This document shows, piece by piece, positions 12,600 to 24,955 of a DNA stretch of 64,000 bases. Positions within the stretch are counted from its first letter, which is position 1, and each line of letters opens with the position of its first letter. Location: contig NC_087436.1 of the NCBI RefSeq assembly GCF_036321535.1, forward strand, positions 4,402,001 through 4,466,000, read 5' to 3'. The position numbers and the translations under genes are program-made. The DNA comes from Camelus dromedarius (lineage: Eukaryota). Below the pieces are notes generated by a model. That model was not told the DNA's origin and ran no database searches. It saw nothing but the letters and a program-made list of their open reading frames with translations.

Positions 12600-14740
12600 G
12601 AAAGCCATGCATAAACTACATTTAAAAACTTCCTCGAGTCCAGCAAATTTAGTTGCCTTCTGTAACAAAATCAGTATTCATCAGAGGAAAAATAGAACCT
12701 ATATCCTCTATAGCATGCCATCCAAAACATCCAGCATGAAATTAAATAATGCCAGACATAAAAACAAACAGGAAAATGAGAACCAACATCAAGAGAAGCA
12801 CTGAATAGAATCCAAAACTGAGACAACACGGACGTTGTAGTTAGCAGAAAAGACCTTTAAAATAGCTGCTGTAAATATGATCAGGCACACAAAGAAAGAT
12901 AGGATTGTGATGAATAAACAGATACAAAATGTCATCTGTGAAACTGAAACTATAAAAAATGACCTAATGGCAATTCTAGAACTGAAATTGCAATATCCAA
13001 GTGCAACGTTTATTTGATAAGATTAACAGCAGATTGAAGAAGGCATAAGAAAAGGCCAGTGAACTTAATGATAGATCAGTAGAAATTATCCAATCTGAAG
13101 AAAAGAAAGGAAAAAGACTATATATGACCAGAGTGTGACCTGTGGACATTTTCAAAGAAAAGGAATAAATGCTACAGGAAGGTTTTCAGGCTAAAAAGAA
13201 ATAAATAAATGACACTACTAGAACACTGAAATCTACAGGAAGAAATTAAAAGAACTACCAATGGTAAAAATAAATATATATATATCTTTTTTATATTTTC
13301 TTACTTTTTAAAAAAGTCAACATACTATAAACATAAAAATGTATAATATTGTATAATGTGATTTATAACACATGCAGATGAATAATACATGGCAGTAATT
13401 CAATGCAAAATTGGAAAAATGTAAGTGCAGCTACACTGGTTCAATATTTTTTAATTTTTGTAAATTAGTATAGTGTTAACTATAAAAATATGATGAATTA
13501 TTGCTAAAAAGCCAATAGAATAAATTAAACAGAGTGCAAAAAATTTGATTAACTCAGAAACAGCAGAAAAGGAAGAATACAGGAACAAAAGCCAAAAGGG
13601 ACAAATAGAACACAAATAGCAAGATAGTAAACCAGAATCCAACCAATGAATAGTTACATTGACTGTAAATAGAATAAACATTACAATTAAAAGGCACGGT
13701 ATTCAGACTGGATGCAAAACAATGCCCACCTTTATGTTAAACAAAGGATGAATTTTGTGTAAAAGGAAACAGTTTAAAATAAAAGAATGGAAAAATAGCT
13801 GCCATGGAACAGTAAGCATAAGAAAGCAGGAGTAGCTTTGATTAATGTCATAAAAATCAGACTATTAAAATAGGTCAATAGGAAATTTTATAATCATAGG
13901 AGGGTAATTTGTCAGGAAGACATAACCATGATAGATACATTTGCCCGTAATAACAGAGCTTCAAGATACAAAGGCAAATGGACCAGATAAAGGGAGAGAT
14001 AGAGATACTTAACAAACACATTTGAATATTTTGCACTCTTTCCTCCATAAGTGATGGAAAATTATAGTACAAAAAAAAGTAGGAAATCAGCAAGGGTATA
14101 ACAGAGCTGAACAATATTGATCAATTGAAGATAATAAATTTTAACCTACTGAATAAAACAAGAGTCTAAGTGTAAATTGCTATAAACAAAAATATTAATA
14201 AAGGATAAGATTTTTACATAGTCTTAAAATATCTCCCTAGAAATGACTTATTAACTGCATAGGAGAAAACAGTTAAATTATGGTTGAGAATCCTAGCGGA
14301 GGAGACCACCTTAGCAAGGTGATCAAGGTTAACATCACCACACTGGGATGGCAATATAACACCAAACTGATCCAAGTGCTTGCTGATATGATGCCCAGAA
14401 AGCAACACAGCATTAATTCCTGAATCTGGTTATCAGGAATCATCAGGGGAAAAAACTGAGAAATAATCTTTAAAATAACTGATCTACACTTTTCAAAACT
14501 GTTAAGAGAAAGAAAGCAAACACAATTGTTGAAATACCTAAAAGCAGACTAAAGAGATAATGACAATAAAATGCAACATGTGACTGTGAATTGGATTCTT
14601 GACTGGGAAACAGCTCTATAGACCATCTTTAGACAACTGACAAAGTTGAAATAAGGCCTATGGATTCATAGTAGTGTATCTGTGTATTTTCCAACTTGGT
14701 TTTTTCTTTGGTAATGTGAGAGAATGTTCTTAGGGAGCAC
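12600..14740 (+). mobile_element. Old L1M element pieces (ORF1, ORF2 endonuclease region, 3' end)
   Basis: aattctagaactgaaa..agattaacagcagattg..gatagatcagtagaaattatccaatctgaag (ORF1); aagcaggagtagct..caataacagagcttcaagatac (ORF2); taaaatgcaacatgtg..ttggattctt (3' end). Confidence 0.75.
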
Positions 14741-15242
14741 TATTAATGATTTTATCTTTACTGTTTGAACCCCAGGCCCCTGACATAACTGATATTTACC
14801 ACTTTGTATTTATTATTCCACATATTTCTTTGTGCCAATGCAGAAACACATTGGCACATATGTGAAAAAACATTTTTAAATAAATGTTGCATCATGCAAT
14901 ACACATTTCTTGGAAATTTTCTTTCTTTTTTTCTTTTAACTTTAAGATATATATTGGGCATCACTCCAGATCAACAAATGTGAATATAAATCTTTATTTT
15001 AATAGTTGTTTAATATTATATAGGGTGGGTATTTCTTAATTTATTCAAACAGCCCTTTCTTAATGATAATTTAGATTTTTCCAGATTTTTTGCTATGAAA
15101 AATACTACAATGAATTTCTTAATGTTTAAGAAATTTTGATTCTTTAGGAGAGATTTTTCCAAAGTCTATTTGGTTGTTATGCATATTTTAAAATTTTACT
15201 ATGTACTGCCTTTTAGTTTAGGTAAATTTTGGCAAAAAATAC

Positions 15243-15363
15243 ATGTTGCAAAGAATAAATTTTCTGTTTTTATTACTTTAATAAAATAATGACAAATCAA
15301 GACTTAATTTTGTACGCTGAACCACATCCTGAATATCCCTGGCATCAAAACTCTAAATCATAT
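15243..15363 (-). pseudogene. Pseudo-exon
   Basis: aattag| acceptor and CAT|gtattt donor. 121 nt in phase 1-2: MI*SFDARDIQDVVQ...NRKFILCN. Confidence 0.4.
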
Positions 15364-15604
15364 CTAATTTTCAAAGAATTAAAGAGTTAACAATAAAGTC
15401 GAACTAAGAAAAAATGTTTTGGAAAACAACATTTCTTTATCTACAAATAAACAAATTTTGTTTTGTTTTGTTTTAAACTTTTTTTTTATTGAGTTGTAGT
15501 TATTTTACAATGTTGTGTCAACAAATATTTTTTTTATTAACCATTTAACCTTCCAAAATATTGAAAATACTGAAATCTAAGTTTCTTTAGGTAAATGAGT
15601 ACAC

Positions 15605-15656
15605 CTCATACTTTGGCTTCTACATTGCAAACATGATCACCTGACTGGGATTTAAA
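15605..15656 (-). pseudogene. Candidate small pseudo-exon
   Basis: ggttttcag| acceptor and GAG|gtgtac donor. 52 nt in phase 0-1, which would bridge the flanking exons. Confidence 0.3.
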
Positions 15657-15721
15657 CTGAAAACCTATTATTTTTATGTTTCAATATGAATTTTCACACT
15701 TCCTTCCTTCTCCGTGGGAAG

Positions 15722-16197
15722 TGCTGTGGGTTGAATTGTGTCTAACCCTCTCCCCAACCCCAAATTCATATGTTGCAGTCCTGACTTTCAGTACCTCAGA
15801 ATATGACCCAATTTTGGTAGGATTTTTGCAGGTGTAACTAGTAAAGTTAAAATGAGGTCATACTGGAGCAGGGTCGACCTTTACTTCAATGTGACTGGTG
15901 TCTTTATAGAAAAGGGAAATTTGGTCACAGACATGCACACACACAGTGACATCCTGTGAAGATGAAGGCAGAGATGGAGTGATGCTTCCACGAGCCAGAG
16001 AAATCCAAAGATGGCCAGCAAACCCTCAGAGGCTGCATGAGAGGCATGAACAAACTTTCCCTCACAGGGAAACAACCAACTGATGCCTTTGACGCCTTAA
16101 TCTTGGGGTGCTCTCCTCCAGAACTCTGAGAATAAATTTGTCTCTTAAGTCACCCAGGTTATGGCACTTTGTTATGGCCACCCTGCATACAGCTACA
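15722..16197 (+). mobile_element. MLT1B/C-like solo LTR
   Basis: tgctgtgggttgaattgtgt..aaattcatatgttg..cctccagaactctgagaataaatttg..tttgttatggcc. Confidence 0.85.
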
Positions 16198-16298
16198 GAA
16201 ATAAGGGAGGTCAAATCGCTTCTCCATGTTTACAATCCCTGCTGTATGTTAACATTCAATAGACTAAATTGAAAAAGATCAAGGACTATCACCAATAC

Positions 16299-16574
16299 CA
16301 TTAAAAAACACCGTATTTTTCAGACACATTTTAGAAGCAACTGTTTTATATTTGTATGGTATCTAGTCTTATCAGTTTGGAATGCAGAACCCCAGACAGC
16401 TCTACAGAAAAACTGTGCAATTTAGCATTTTAAAATAGACTTTTTGGCCATTAAACTACAGATGGCAACCAGAATATTCCTTGTGATTTTCCACCCAACT
16501 TTGGAAAATTAAATTGGTTATTTTTTTTTCCCCAATTCAGTTATGGATTGTGGAAGACAGATGAGGAAATTCAA
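16299..16574 (-). pseudogene. Pseudo-exon with RGS helix 4-5-like segment
   Basis: ctttcttgtaag| acceptor in phase 0, matching the previous exon. LNFLICLPQSITELGKK/ITNLIFQSWVENHKEYSGCHL*FNGQKVYFKML with a frameshift in an A-run. ATG|gtattg donor. Confidence 0.6.
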
Positions 16575-16819
16575 CTTACAAGAAAGGCTTTTCATAAATA
16601 CTATTTTTAAAGTTGTTTTAGCATTTTTTTTGTTTTCTTTAGAATTTTTGTTCATTTTCTGTTTTGTTGTTGTTAGTACTGCATTGTTTTAGATTTTAGA
16701 TTAATAGACACTATAAATGTCCTAGAATGCCTGCTGGATTTTAATATAAAATAGAGTACATAACAGATTGTCTTCCATGACTTTGAACAATCAAAAAGAA
16801 CCATTTCTATCTATCATAC

Positions 16820-17028
16820 TGACATGTGAAAAGAACATGCTTTAGGAAAATGCTTTAAAATGAACACCTCCCAGAATTTTCTAGGGGCCTGAGCTTTTAT
16901 GAATACTGATGGGGATAATTTGTGATGACTGGGAATTAAAAAGGAAGGGACATGTTGATTACAAGAAGAGAAAGAAATGAAGACAAGATTTTCCCTTATA
17001 TTTTGTGAAATTTCCAATAAAATTACAT
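16820..17028 (-). pseudogene. Pseudo-exon with RGS helix 6-8-like segment (still open)
   Basis: atcccag| acceptor and TCA|gtatga donor, 209 nt with no stop: VILLEISQNIRENL...LSPSVFIKAQAPRKFWEVFILKHFPK. Confidence 0.65.
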
Positions 17029-17299
17029 CTGGGATTCATTGTGATAGAAATTTACATTTTAATAAAACTATACAGCTTTCCTCTCTCCATTACTCCTTTA
17101 AGATAACAAAGGAAAGCATTTAACATAAATGACATTTCCAAATAATCCCTAAACTTCTTGGTACATATTTAACTTCCTTCACTGATTCCTTTCAAGTCTC
17201 ACTTAATTTTTGTAATCTACTAAACAAATTTAGAATTTATCATATTGTTGACAGCTAATTTTCAGTTAGGAACAACACACTGCATGTGCTTGGGTTTCA

Positions 17300-18238
17300 G
17301 TGACAGTATTTAAACTTTTGCACCCAAATCCAAACTGAGTGGGGAGGCCACCACCAAGCGATTCTCTGACACCAGTCCCCATGACTGCTTATCCTCCCCC
17401 ACTTCATATGTCAATCACAAGCCCAGGTTTTCTCCTGTGCTTCTAACCAGTTGGCTATAAAGATTGGAGGTTCCAACAATCCCCTCCTTTGGTTTGGCTT
17501 GCCAGAGCAGCTCACAGAACTCAGAGAAACGTTTTACTTCCAAGATTTCTGGTTTGTTATTAAAAACAAAACAAACAAACAAACAAAACAAAAAAAAACA
17601 CATGCCTCAGGGACAGCCAGATGGAAGAGATGTCTAGAGCAAAGTGTGGGGAAATGGTGTAGAATTTGTTTGTTTGTTTGTTTTTGTTTTTTCACTGTTT
17701 AATCACTTAATTTTTTAACATTTTTTATTGATTTATAATCATTTTACAATGTTGTGTCAATGAATATATTTATGTTCACGTATAACTGAAAAATTGTGCT
17801 CTACGCTGGAATGTGACACAACATTGGAAATGGTATAGAGTTTTTAATGCCGTTTCTGAGCTCACCAGCCTTCCCAATCCCACACCCGTTCACCAGCCAA
17901 AGCTCTCCAAGTGCTGTCCTTTTGGGGTTTTATGGAGGCTCTGTTACATAGGGGAAATGATTTGATCTTTGGACATTGGTGATTAATTCAACCTCCAGCC
18001 CCTCTTCCACCCTGGAGCTTGGAGGGATGGACTGAAAATTTCAATCCTCTAATCGCTTGGTTGGGTCTCCTGGCCCCAGACCCCATGTTTAGGTGAGATT
18101 CAAGTCACCACCCCACTAACATAACAAAAGATACCTTTTTCAATTTCATCACTTAGTAAGCTCCAAGGGTTTTAGAAGCTCTGTGTCAGAATCAAGAAGA
18201 CCAAATATACATTTCTCATTATAAATCCCAGTATCAGA
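17300..18238 (-). mobile_element. MER21-like ERVL LTR with nested L1 fragment
   Basis: Reverse strand begins gatactgggatttataatgagaaatgtatatttggtcttc..cacagagcttctaaaacccttgg. Confidence 0.7.
17664..17825 (-). mobile_element. Short 5'-inverted camelid L1 insertion
   Basis: T-rich tail, antisense L1 end, then a sense L1 piece. TSD ggaaatggt(g/a)taga at 17650-17663 and 17826-17839. Confidence 0.75.
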
Positions 18239-18406
18239 GTACTTCATGTAAAAAACCTCTCATAATTGTTTTACTAGATTCACTTTTCAGTGGGAATATA
18301 TCAGGGCAATATCAAGAAATACAAAAGTCATTGTACAAATTAAATTCATAATTAGAACATTAACGTATTATAAGTTAATAAGGTAAAGGAGAAACAAATA
18401 ATTCAC

Positions 18407-19539
18407 GCAAGATAAAGGAAACATATGGCTGAATAATTTGTAGTCAGACGTGGTCAGAACCAAAGAACGTTGACTTTTTATATTTTTAAACTTCATCCTC
18501 ATCATCAGCGACAAAACTCTCAGGTCATAAACTCGCTGACCACTTGCCAGTTCTCGAAGGCTGTGTTTAATGTACTGGAACTTCCATTTTTCTCCCTTTA
18601 TGACACACACCATTGATACTGTGCTAGGAAATCTCTTCAGATGGCATCTTCTTCCTGTAACAGAAGCTGTTTGGGTGAAGATCCATCTTTACATGCCCCA
18701 GTCATCGATTGCCATCCATATTTTACGCCCTCATTAAGTGCCTGCAGAAAAGAATGTTTGTTGTGTGGAAAGACCTCTGAATACATCCTTGGAGATCCAA
18801 GTTTCAGTGCAGTTCTCCCCTGTTCGAATTTTGTGTCTTTGTTAAATTCACATCACTTCTTTAGTTCCATATCTAAAACATGGAAGTGTGGACTAAATAT
18901 TTTTAAGATACGTTTAGGTTCTAAATTTGAAGCCCTTTCTCAACAAGTGTTTGCATTCTTCTAGGAGCCTTTCTGGACAGACTATTTCTCTTGCTAGCTT
19001 TCCCACTGCTTTGAACGCACATATCTTTAAATCCAGAAATGGATTCTCTGTATATATTTTTTTCATTTGTAATTGTCTGTGTTTAGTCTCTCCTCTGGAG
19101 AGCTGGTACCAAAATTATAAGCTTTCATTCACAGCCTAGCATTCATGCACCTATAAGTATGAGTGTTAGTTGCCTTGAACATCTAATTTGTTAGCTACAT
19201 CTTTATTTTTATTTTATTTTTTTTAACTAAGGGAAGGTTTCTCTAGCTTGCCCCCAGGAGAATTTAGTATTTCAGATGGCAGCGTTTCTGAGAGCAGTTC
19301 CTCTCCTTTATCACAGACTTCATTTTAGAAGGTTGCTGTCCTCAGAGACATTTTAATGCTCAAATTGACAGTGAGAAGGACGCGATCCATGGGAGGCTCC
19401 CTGAACTGGTAACCTCACATTTCCAGCTGGTACCGTGACCAGCCGTGCAGTGGACCTCTACAGCCAGAGGACGCTAGGACTGGAAACTGCCACCAGACTT
19501 CTCTTCTCACTGATGAAAAAATAAACAGTGCTTTCTAAC
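18407..19539 (-). pseudogene. Large pseudo-exon
   Basis: ttttgctttctccag| acceptor. Long frames with few stops (YTENPFLDLKICAFKAVGKLAREIVCPERLLEECKHL; SPKQLLLQEEDAI*RDFLAQY) and several frameshifts. Donor uncertain. Confidence 0.6.
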
Positions 19540-19726
19540 CTGGAGAAAGCAAAACCTGTTTTGCACAAACAGTATTCCCTAACTCATTTCACCTTTTGCT
19601 ATAAAATGTATGTAAATTATTGAAACCATTAGCCTACTATTAAAAAATACAATCAATTTGAATTATACTAAAGATACCTGTATCTATGTGTATGTATATT
19701 TCACCATCTTCTCCAGGACCTTTAAA

Positions 19727-22700
19727 TGCTTTGGGGAGAAAAAAACTTTCCTCTACTCTTCTAGATTTTTCTGGCTGATAATTAAATTGACATGGCATAG
19801 GTTAAGAGGAGAAAATCAAATTTATTTTCTTCACTAAAGGAGTTTACAGAAATATGAGACTCAAAGAAATGACCAAAGCAGGCAGCTTTTTATAACTTTT
19901 AGTTAAAGAAACAATAAATTTGTGAAGAACTGACAAAACAAAAAGAATCAGGCTTGGGCACCAATGAGTGAGGAAACTAAACAGAATTTGTCTGCATAGC
20001 CTCCTGGCCCTGAACTTCCCACCTCCAGCAATAAGGATGTTGCTCTGCCTCCTCCTGGTGCAGGGAGTCTGTCTTTCACATGGGAGATGTATTTCCTGCT
20101 TTCAGGGGGGCACAGGTGAGGGGCAGATTCTTCTCCTTACACTGAGTGATTCTTGAGTAACTTGAATCCAAAATAATCAATTTGTCAAAGTGGAGTACTT
20201 TGCGTTGGCATTTGCTGAACCTCATCAGTTTCCTCTTTTGGAACTTCCCTGAGTTTCATGATTACATGTTGGACTGGTGGCTGTGAAGCAAGAATTAGAT
20301 TAGCAGATGGGTTAATAGATTGTCCTGTATCTCACTGAGCCAGGCTCTTGGTCCTGAGAATAGGTCAGTTTAGTTAAATGGTTGTGATTCATAACATTTA
20401 TTCATGGCAGGTTAACTCCTGAGCCAACCAACCTAATTAATTACCTGATAACATGGCACATTTTAAGGTATCATTATACCAATAACTCAATCTGATTGCT
20501 ATGTTTGAGGCCCCAAGAGCCAATACTGCAGCAAAACTCATCTGAAGGGACCAGATAATATGTCTTCAACTTCCAGTTTGTGCTTGGGCATAACTTTATC
20601 AACAGCTTCGATGGCAAGTTGAGGCAAATGAGTGACAGCAGCAGACCAGTAGTCCAAGAAAATTTTGTTCTTTTAGCAGATGAAAGAAAATTAAGTACTC
20701 ATGTAAGTACACTATCAATATTAAAGCTTATTTTTAAAACCTTTATAATACATTTATTCAATCTTGCCCAGCTTGATCACATGTGAAATGATTTTCCCAA
20801 GACTTCTTTTTCACAAGCCTTCTATACATGTTTCTGTCCATTTTGGTGTGTCCCTTGTTTTTTGCTTATTCAGAAATAGTAAACTCTACTTTAGGACAAA
20901 ATTACTTTCTCTTTCCTCAACAAACATGCATCTCCATTCTACCTTTTCTTGTCAAAAATATGTATTCTACTTTTCTTTTTGTGTACACAGTTAAGTTTCT
21001 CTGATTAGTTCTAATAATTATAATTCCATATATTAATCAGAATTCTTTAACCCTTAAAAGTTTAATTTCTAGTGAAATCTAAGAAGTAAGCAGTTTAAAC
21101 TCACAATTCTTTCTATACCAGCATTCTTTATATTAGCAAATTTATGGTTATATTTTATAACTTTTAGATACATATACTTCCTCATAGAGCAATTTTTCAA
21201 CGTGGCATAAGCTGTGTTTACTAAGAGACCCAACCATTGTAGTCTCTGTAACAAGAGGTCAAAAGTTGGTAAACTTAGACTTTTTAACAATTAAGATTTC
21301 AGTCTCTTATCTTATTTGGAAATAATCTAGACTTTCAGTTCATTCCTATCATTTAACTTAATCAGCAAAATTCTAAAAGTGGAAGTTACCAAAGAGGTTT
21401 GGGAAACTAAGCAGATATATCATAAAACAATCATTGCTAAAAAATTTACCTTAAAACTCATATCTTACTTGCATCTAGGTAATTCATTTATTTTTAACAC
21501 TCATACTCATGAGCATTTTATGAAGTACTAAAGCAGTTAGCCCATCATATTATTTTCTTACAGACAAATTTTGTAACAGAAGTAACAAATTTTATTTGAC
21601 TTTTAGTAAATCGAGGTAGAAAAAAGTATTATACTTCGTGTCAGTTACTGTAAAGGCATGCCTGTATTAATTAAACCAACAAACTTAAATTACTTTTTAT
21701 TTACTGAAAATGATCACACAATGTGAATTTCAAAAACATTTGAGTTTGTTTCTATTATATTTCTGAAAGTTAGAAATACTTAATTCCTAAGTGCTTATTT
21801 TTAAGTGAATTAAATAGAGCTCTTTGATAAATTAATATTGGCAATAAAGTCCAGAGGTAGAAAAGTACCATAACTATGATGTCCACACACAGACATACAT
21901 ACATACAGACAGACAGACACAAAGTATAACTATATAAAACTCACTCATTTATAAGTAACAGTTGGAATAAGTTAAGTTTACCCATTCAGATGGCTAAAGG
22001 GTTTTACTGTTGGTGGAGAATACTTTCAAGATTTGCATTCGTCTTTGAAATGTAACCTTAAGGAGGCTGTTAACTAGGTTTTGGGGAAAAGAGCTTTTCC
22101 AGCAGTTTGTATTCTTACAAAGCCACTTTTCCTTTTTTTTTTTTTTTTTTGCCTCCAGCTTCACTGATTGAGCTAGCCAGGATCAGTCTCAGGCAAATGT
22201 GAGCCACAGTGTTTATATATATAATTATATTTCAAAAATATGGTAAATCTCACAACTTCAAGGGACAGAGAAAGGATGAAATTTTGTGGGTTATTTTTTC
22301 TTGACCTCTCTAAATTTGGCAGACTCTCCTGAAAGTGGAAGTAAAGGGGCTTTATAATTGAAAGGATCTGTTGCTGTCCAGGGGACACAGATCCTTCGTG
22401 GTGGGGTCTAAGACACATCCACGAAGGACAGTGCGTACGAAGGCCTGATGCTGGCAGCACCTGATTACAGAGGCCAGAAAAGCAAGCCTTATGTTTGAGA
22501 CTGATCGTCTGTTCTGAGTGCTTCTGTTCAATTTATTTTCCGGCTTCTAGTGTTTACATGAGTGACCCATATATCCTAGGTCTGAAGGCTAGGCTGCAGT
22601 GCTCTCTGTAAATCTTGTAGGGAAAGGCAAGTTAAAATAAGCAGCTGGGAGTTTGCTGTATTTTTCAGGGAACATGAAGGACTTCAAGGAATTTGCTTAC

Positions 22701-24514
22701 AAGATGGGCTCAGATTTGAAGAAGAGGAATTTATGTTGGATGCGGACTTTAATTTTATTCTGAGTTTTATTTCTGTTGTTTCATCTTGTTAAGAGGTTTC
22801 CTGAGGCTAAGCTGTTACATTTCTTTCTGTCCTCTTTTTAATTTGGTCTTTCCTTCCAATAAGATAATTTTTGAGGATGAAAACTCTCTAAAATTTTTGT
22901 TTTCCTTCTTTGAAATATAGTCAGCTCAAAGGGTCTGTCATCTGGCCACTGACAAGTAGGATCTGCTAGTCTCAATAGCGGCTGAAACTAATAAGCCTTT
23001 TTATGGCTTTACCGCGGACCCAAGAGGGGGTCGCAAGAGACCGCAACGCAAGACCCATAGATTTCACTCCCAAAATAGCTGAAGAAATCAAACGCCTTTG
23101 TTAGACAGGTGGTAAAAATAGTGTAGTGGAAAGGTCTCCATCTCCCATGGGAACGTGAAATGCGCACACCCGCTCCTCCCTGACCCTGGGCAGCGGTTAC
23201 TGGAACGGGACCTTTCTGGCAGTAACAAAGCAGTGAAGTCTACAGAGGTCCCCCATGGACTGGGACCCTACGTGACAAACTCCCGGGAGAGCTGGCATGC
23301 CCAGACAAAGAGAGAGCTGTGCATAACCCTGTGTCCCTGAACTCCAGCCTACTTAACACCGACGTGTGCGGCTCCGGGCTCGCTGGGAACGGAGAGTCTT
23401 CTCACCGGTCACAGAGCCAGGCTCTCGAGACAAAGAATAAGGCAAAAGGAAAACCTCATCCTATGGTTTCCCTCCTTATGACAAATGACACAACAAAGCA
23501 AAACAGTGACTATCTCTGGGAAGAAAATGATCAATTGAAAATAAGAGTCCTCAAACCAAAACCAAATTTTCACTGGAGTTGCTGTGCCAAAGAAACTTGT
23601 TCCACGAATATTTTTCTCCTGCTAATCTAAATTTAGAAAAAGAGGGGGGGAAAAAAAGGTTCTCACTACTCTGATTTCCATCAGGTCCCGCAGGCACAGA
23701 TTCAGGAGATGGATTTGGCGAGAATTCTTACTTTCCGCCAGTGCTTGTCACAAGGCCCCGATCCTTCAGCTGCGTCAGCCTCAGGGGTGACAGTGTTCAG
23801 CCAGTGAAGGTGACGATGCCAACTCTTGGGGATGGAAATTTTTTTTCTCTACTCTTCTAGGTTCTTCTGGCTGTTCTAATAACTAGGTTGACATGAGACA
23901 GATCAACAGAGGAAAATCAAATTTTAATTTTGTGCTTCCAGGTGTTTGTGGAAAGATGAGATGCAAAGAAGAGATCGAAGCAGGCAGTTTTTATACCATT
24001 GACCCCCTAACATCACAAGTTTTAACTCTATGGGTCAACTTATATGCGGTGTTGTTTCAGTAAATGTACCGTTGGCCCTCCATGTTTGCAGGCTGAGATG
24101 GGAAACCTGTAGGTACAGAGGGCTGACAGCACTAAGGGACTAAGCACCCATGGATGTTGGCATACACAGCAATGCCTAGAGCCCATCCCTATGTAAATGG
24201 CAAGGGACAATTGTACCTTTTCAGACAAACAACACATGTGTAAAGAACTGACAAGACAAGAGACTGAGGCTTGGGTACTATGAGTGAAGACACCAAGCTG
24301 AGTTTGTTTACACAGCCTTCCCGGCCTTGAATTCCCTCCCTGGCAGTCAGGATGCCTGTGCACCTCCTGGGGCAGGGAGGGCACCTTTCACCTGGATTTA
24401 TTTCCTTCTCTCAGGGGGACAGAGGAAGGTCAGAATGATCTTCTTTCACTGGCTGTTTCTTAAGTAGTTCAAAAATAATCAGTATGCCAAAGGGGTGGTC
24501 TTCCCTGAACCCCA
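19727..24514 (-). mobile_element. Degraded ERV1-class (MER4-group-like, non-autonomous) provirus; LTRs about 19727-20227 and 23824-24514
   Basis: Two diverged direct repeats (ctctactcttctag..ctggctg..tgacatg..gaaaatcaaattt..gcaggcag..aataatca..ctgaacc), TG..CA ends and a 4-bp TSD taaa. Polypurine tract next to 20228, PBS-like TGGCATCGTCAC near 23810-23821, AT-rich interior without long ORFs. Confidence 0.82.
23996..24213. mobile_element. Tigger2-like MITE inserted in the 5' LTR
   Basis: TA-flanked, degraded TIRs ccattgacccc..agggacaattg. Absent at the equivalent TA in the other LTR. Confidence 0.7.
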
Positions 24515-24871
24515 TAAAATGTCACTGATTTTCTAGAGATCTTTTTATTTTTTCTTTTATTTTTTCTACAGTGATTGCCTACAGAGAAGCCCAAGAAATT
24601 GTCCTTAATTGACCCTGAGGGAAATGGTGGCTGAAGGAAGGACGGGAAAAGAGGAGAAGAGAGACAAGGATGTGAGGAAAGAAGGGAAGGATTTATAAAT
24701 ATGTCCAGATGGATGGTAAGAGGGATGCAAGGGAGACAGAGGCCTGGGGGAATGACCGCCTTCTGGGAGTCTCAGTAATGAGTAGGCATATGTTTATCTT
24801 CTTCAATCTTAGGGAAATAACTGCAGGAAGCTACTACTTTCTGAAAATGTCCTTATGTGTAAATGTCTTAC

Positions 24872-24955
24872 AGTGTTTGTACATGTATTTTCAGCTGGTG
24901 ATGTTTATAATCACGCTGTTTCATGGGTGCACGTACAACTCCAACTCTTTTGACA
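24872..24955 (-). pseudogene. 84-nt symmetric pseudo-exon
   Basis: ttattttgagcag| acceptor and ACT|gtaaga donor. Open in phase 2-2 (VKRVGVVRAPMKQRDYKHHQLKIHVQT). Confidence 0.5.

Noticed and set aside
18450..19100. Loose resemblance to the TASOR C-terminal region or CMTR2 (HSLREL)
   Set aside because: Very low identity requiring large gaps, and the flanking exons do not continue the match.
19420..19470. VHCTAGHG, resembling a PTP active-site loop
   Set aside because: Lacks the catalytic Arg, lies in a stop-ridden alternative frame and has no PTP context.
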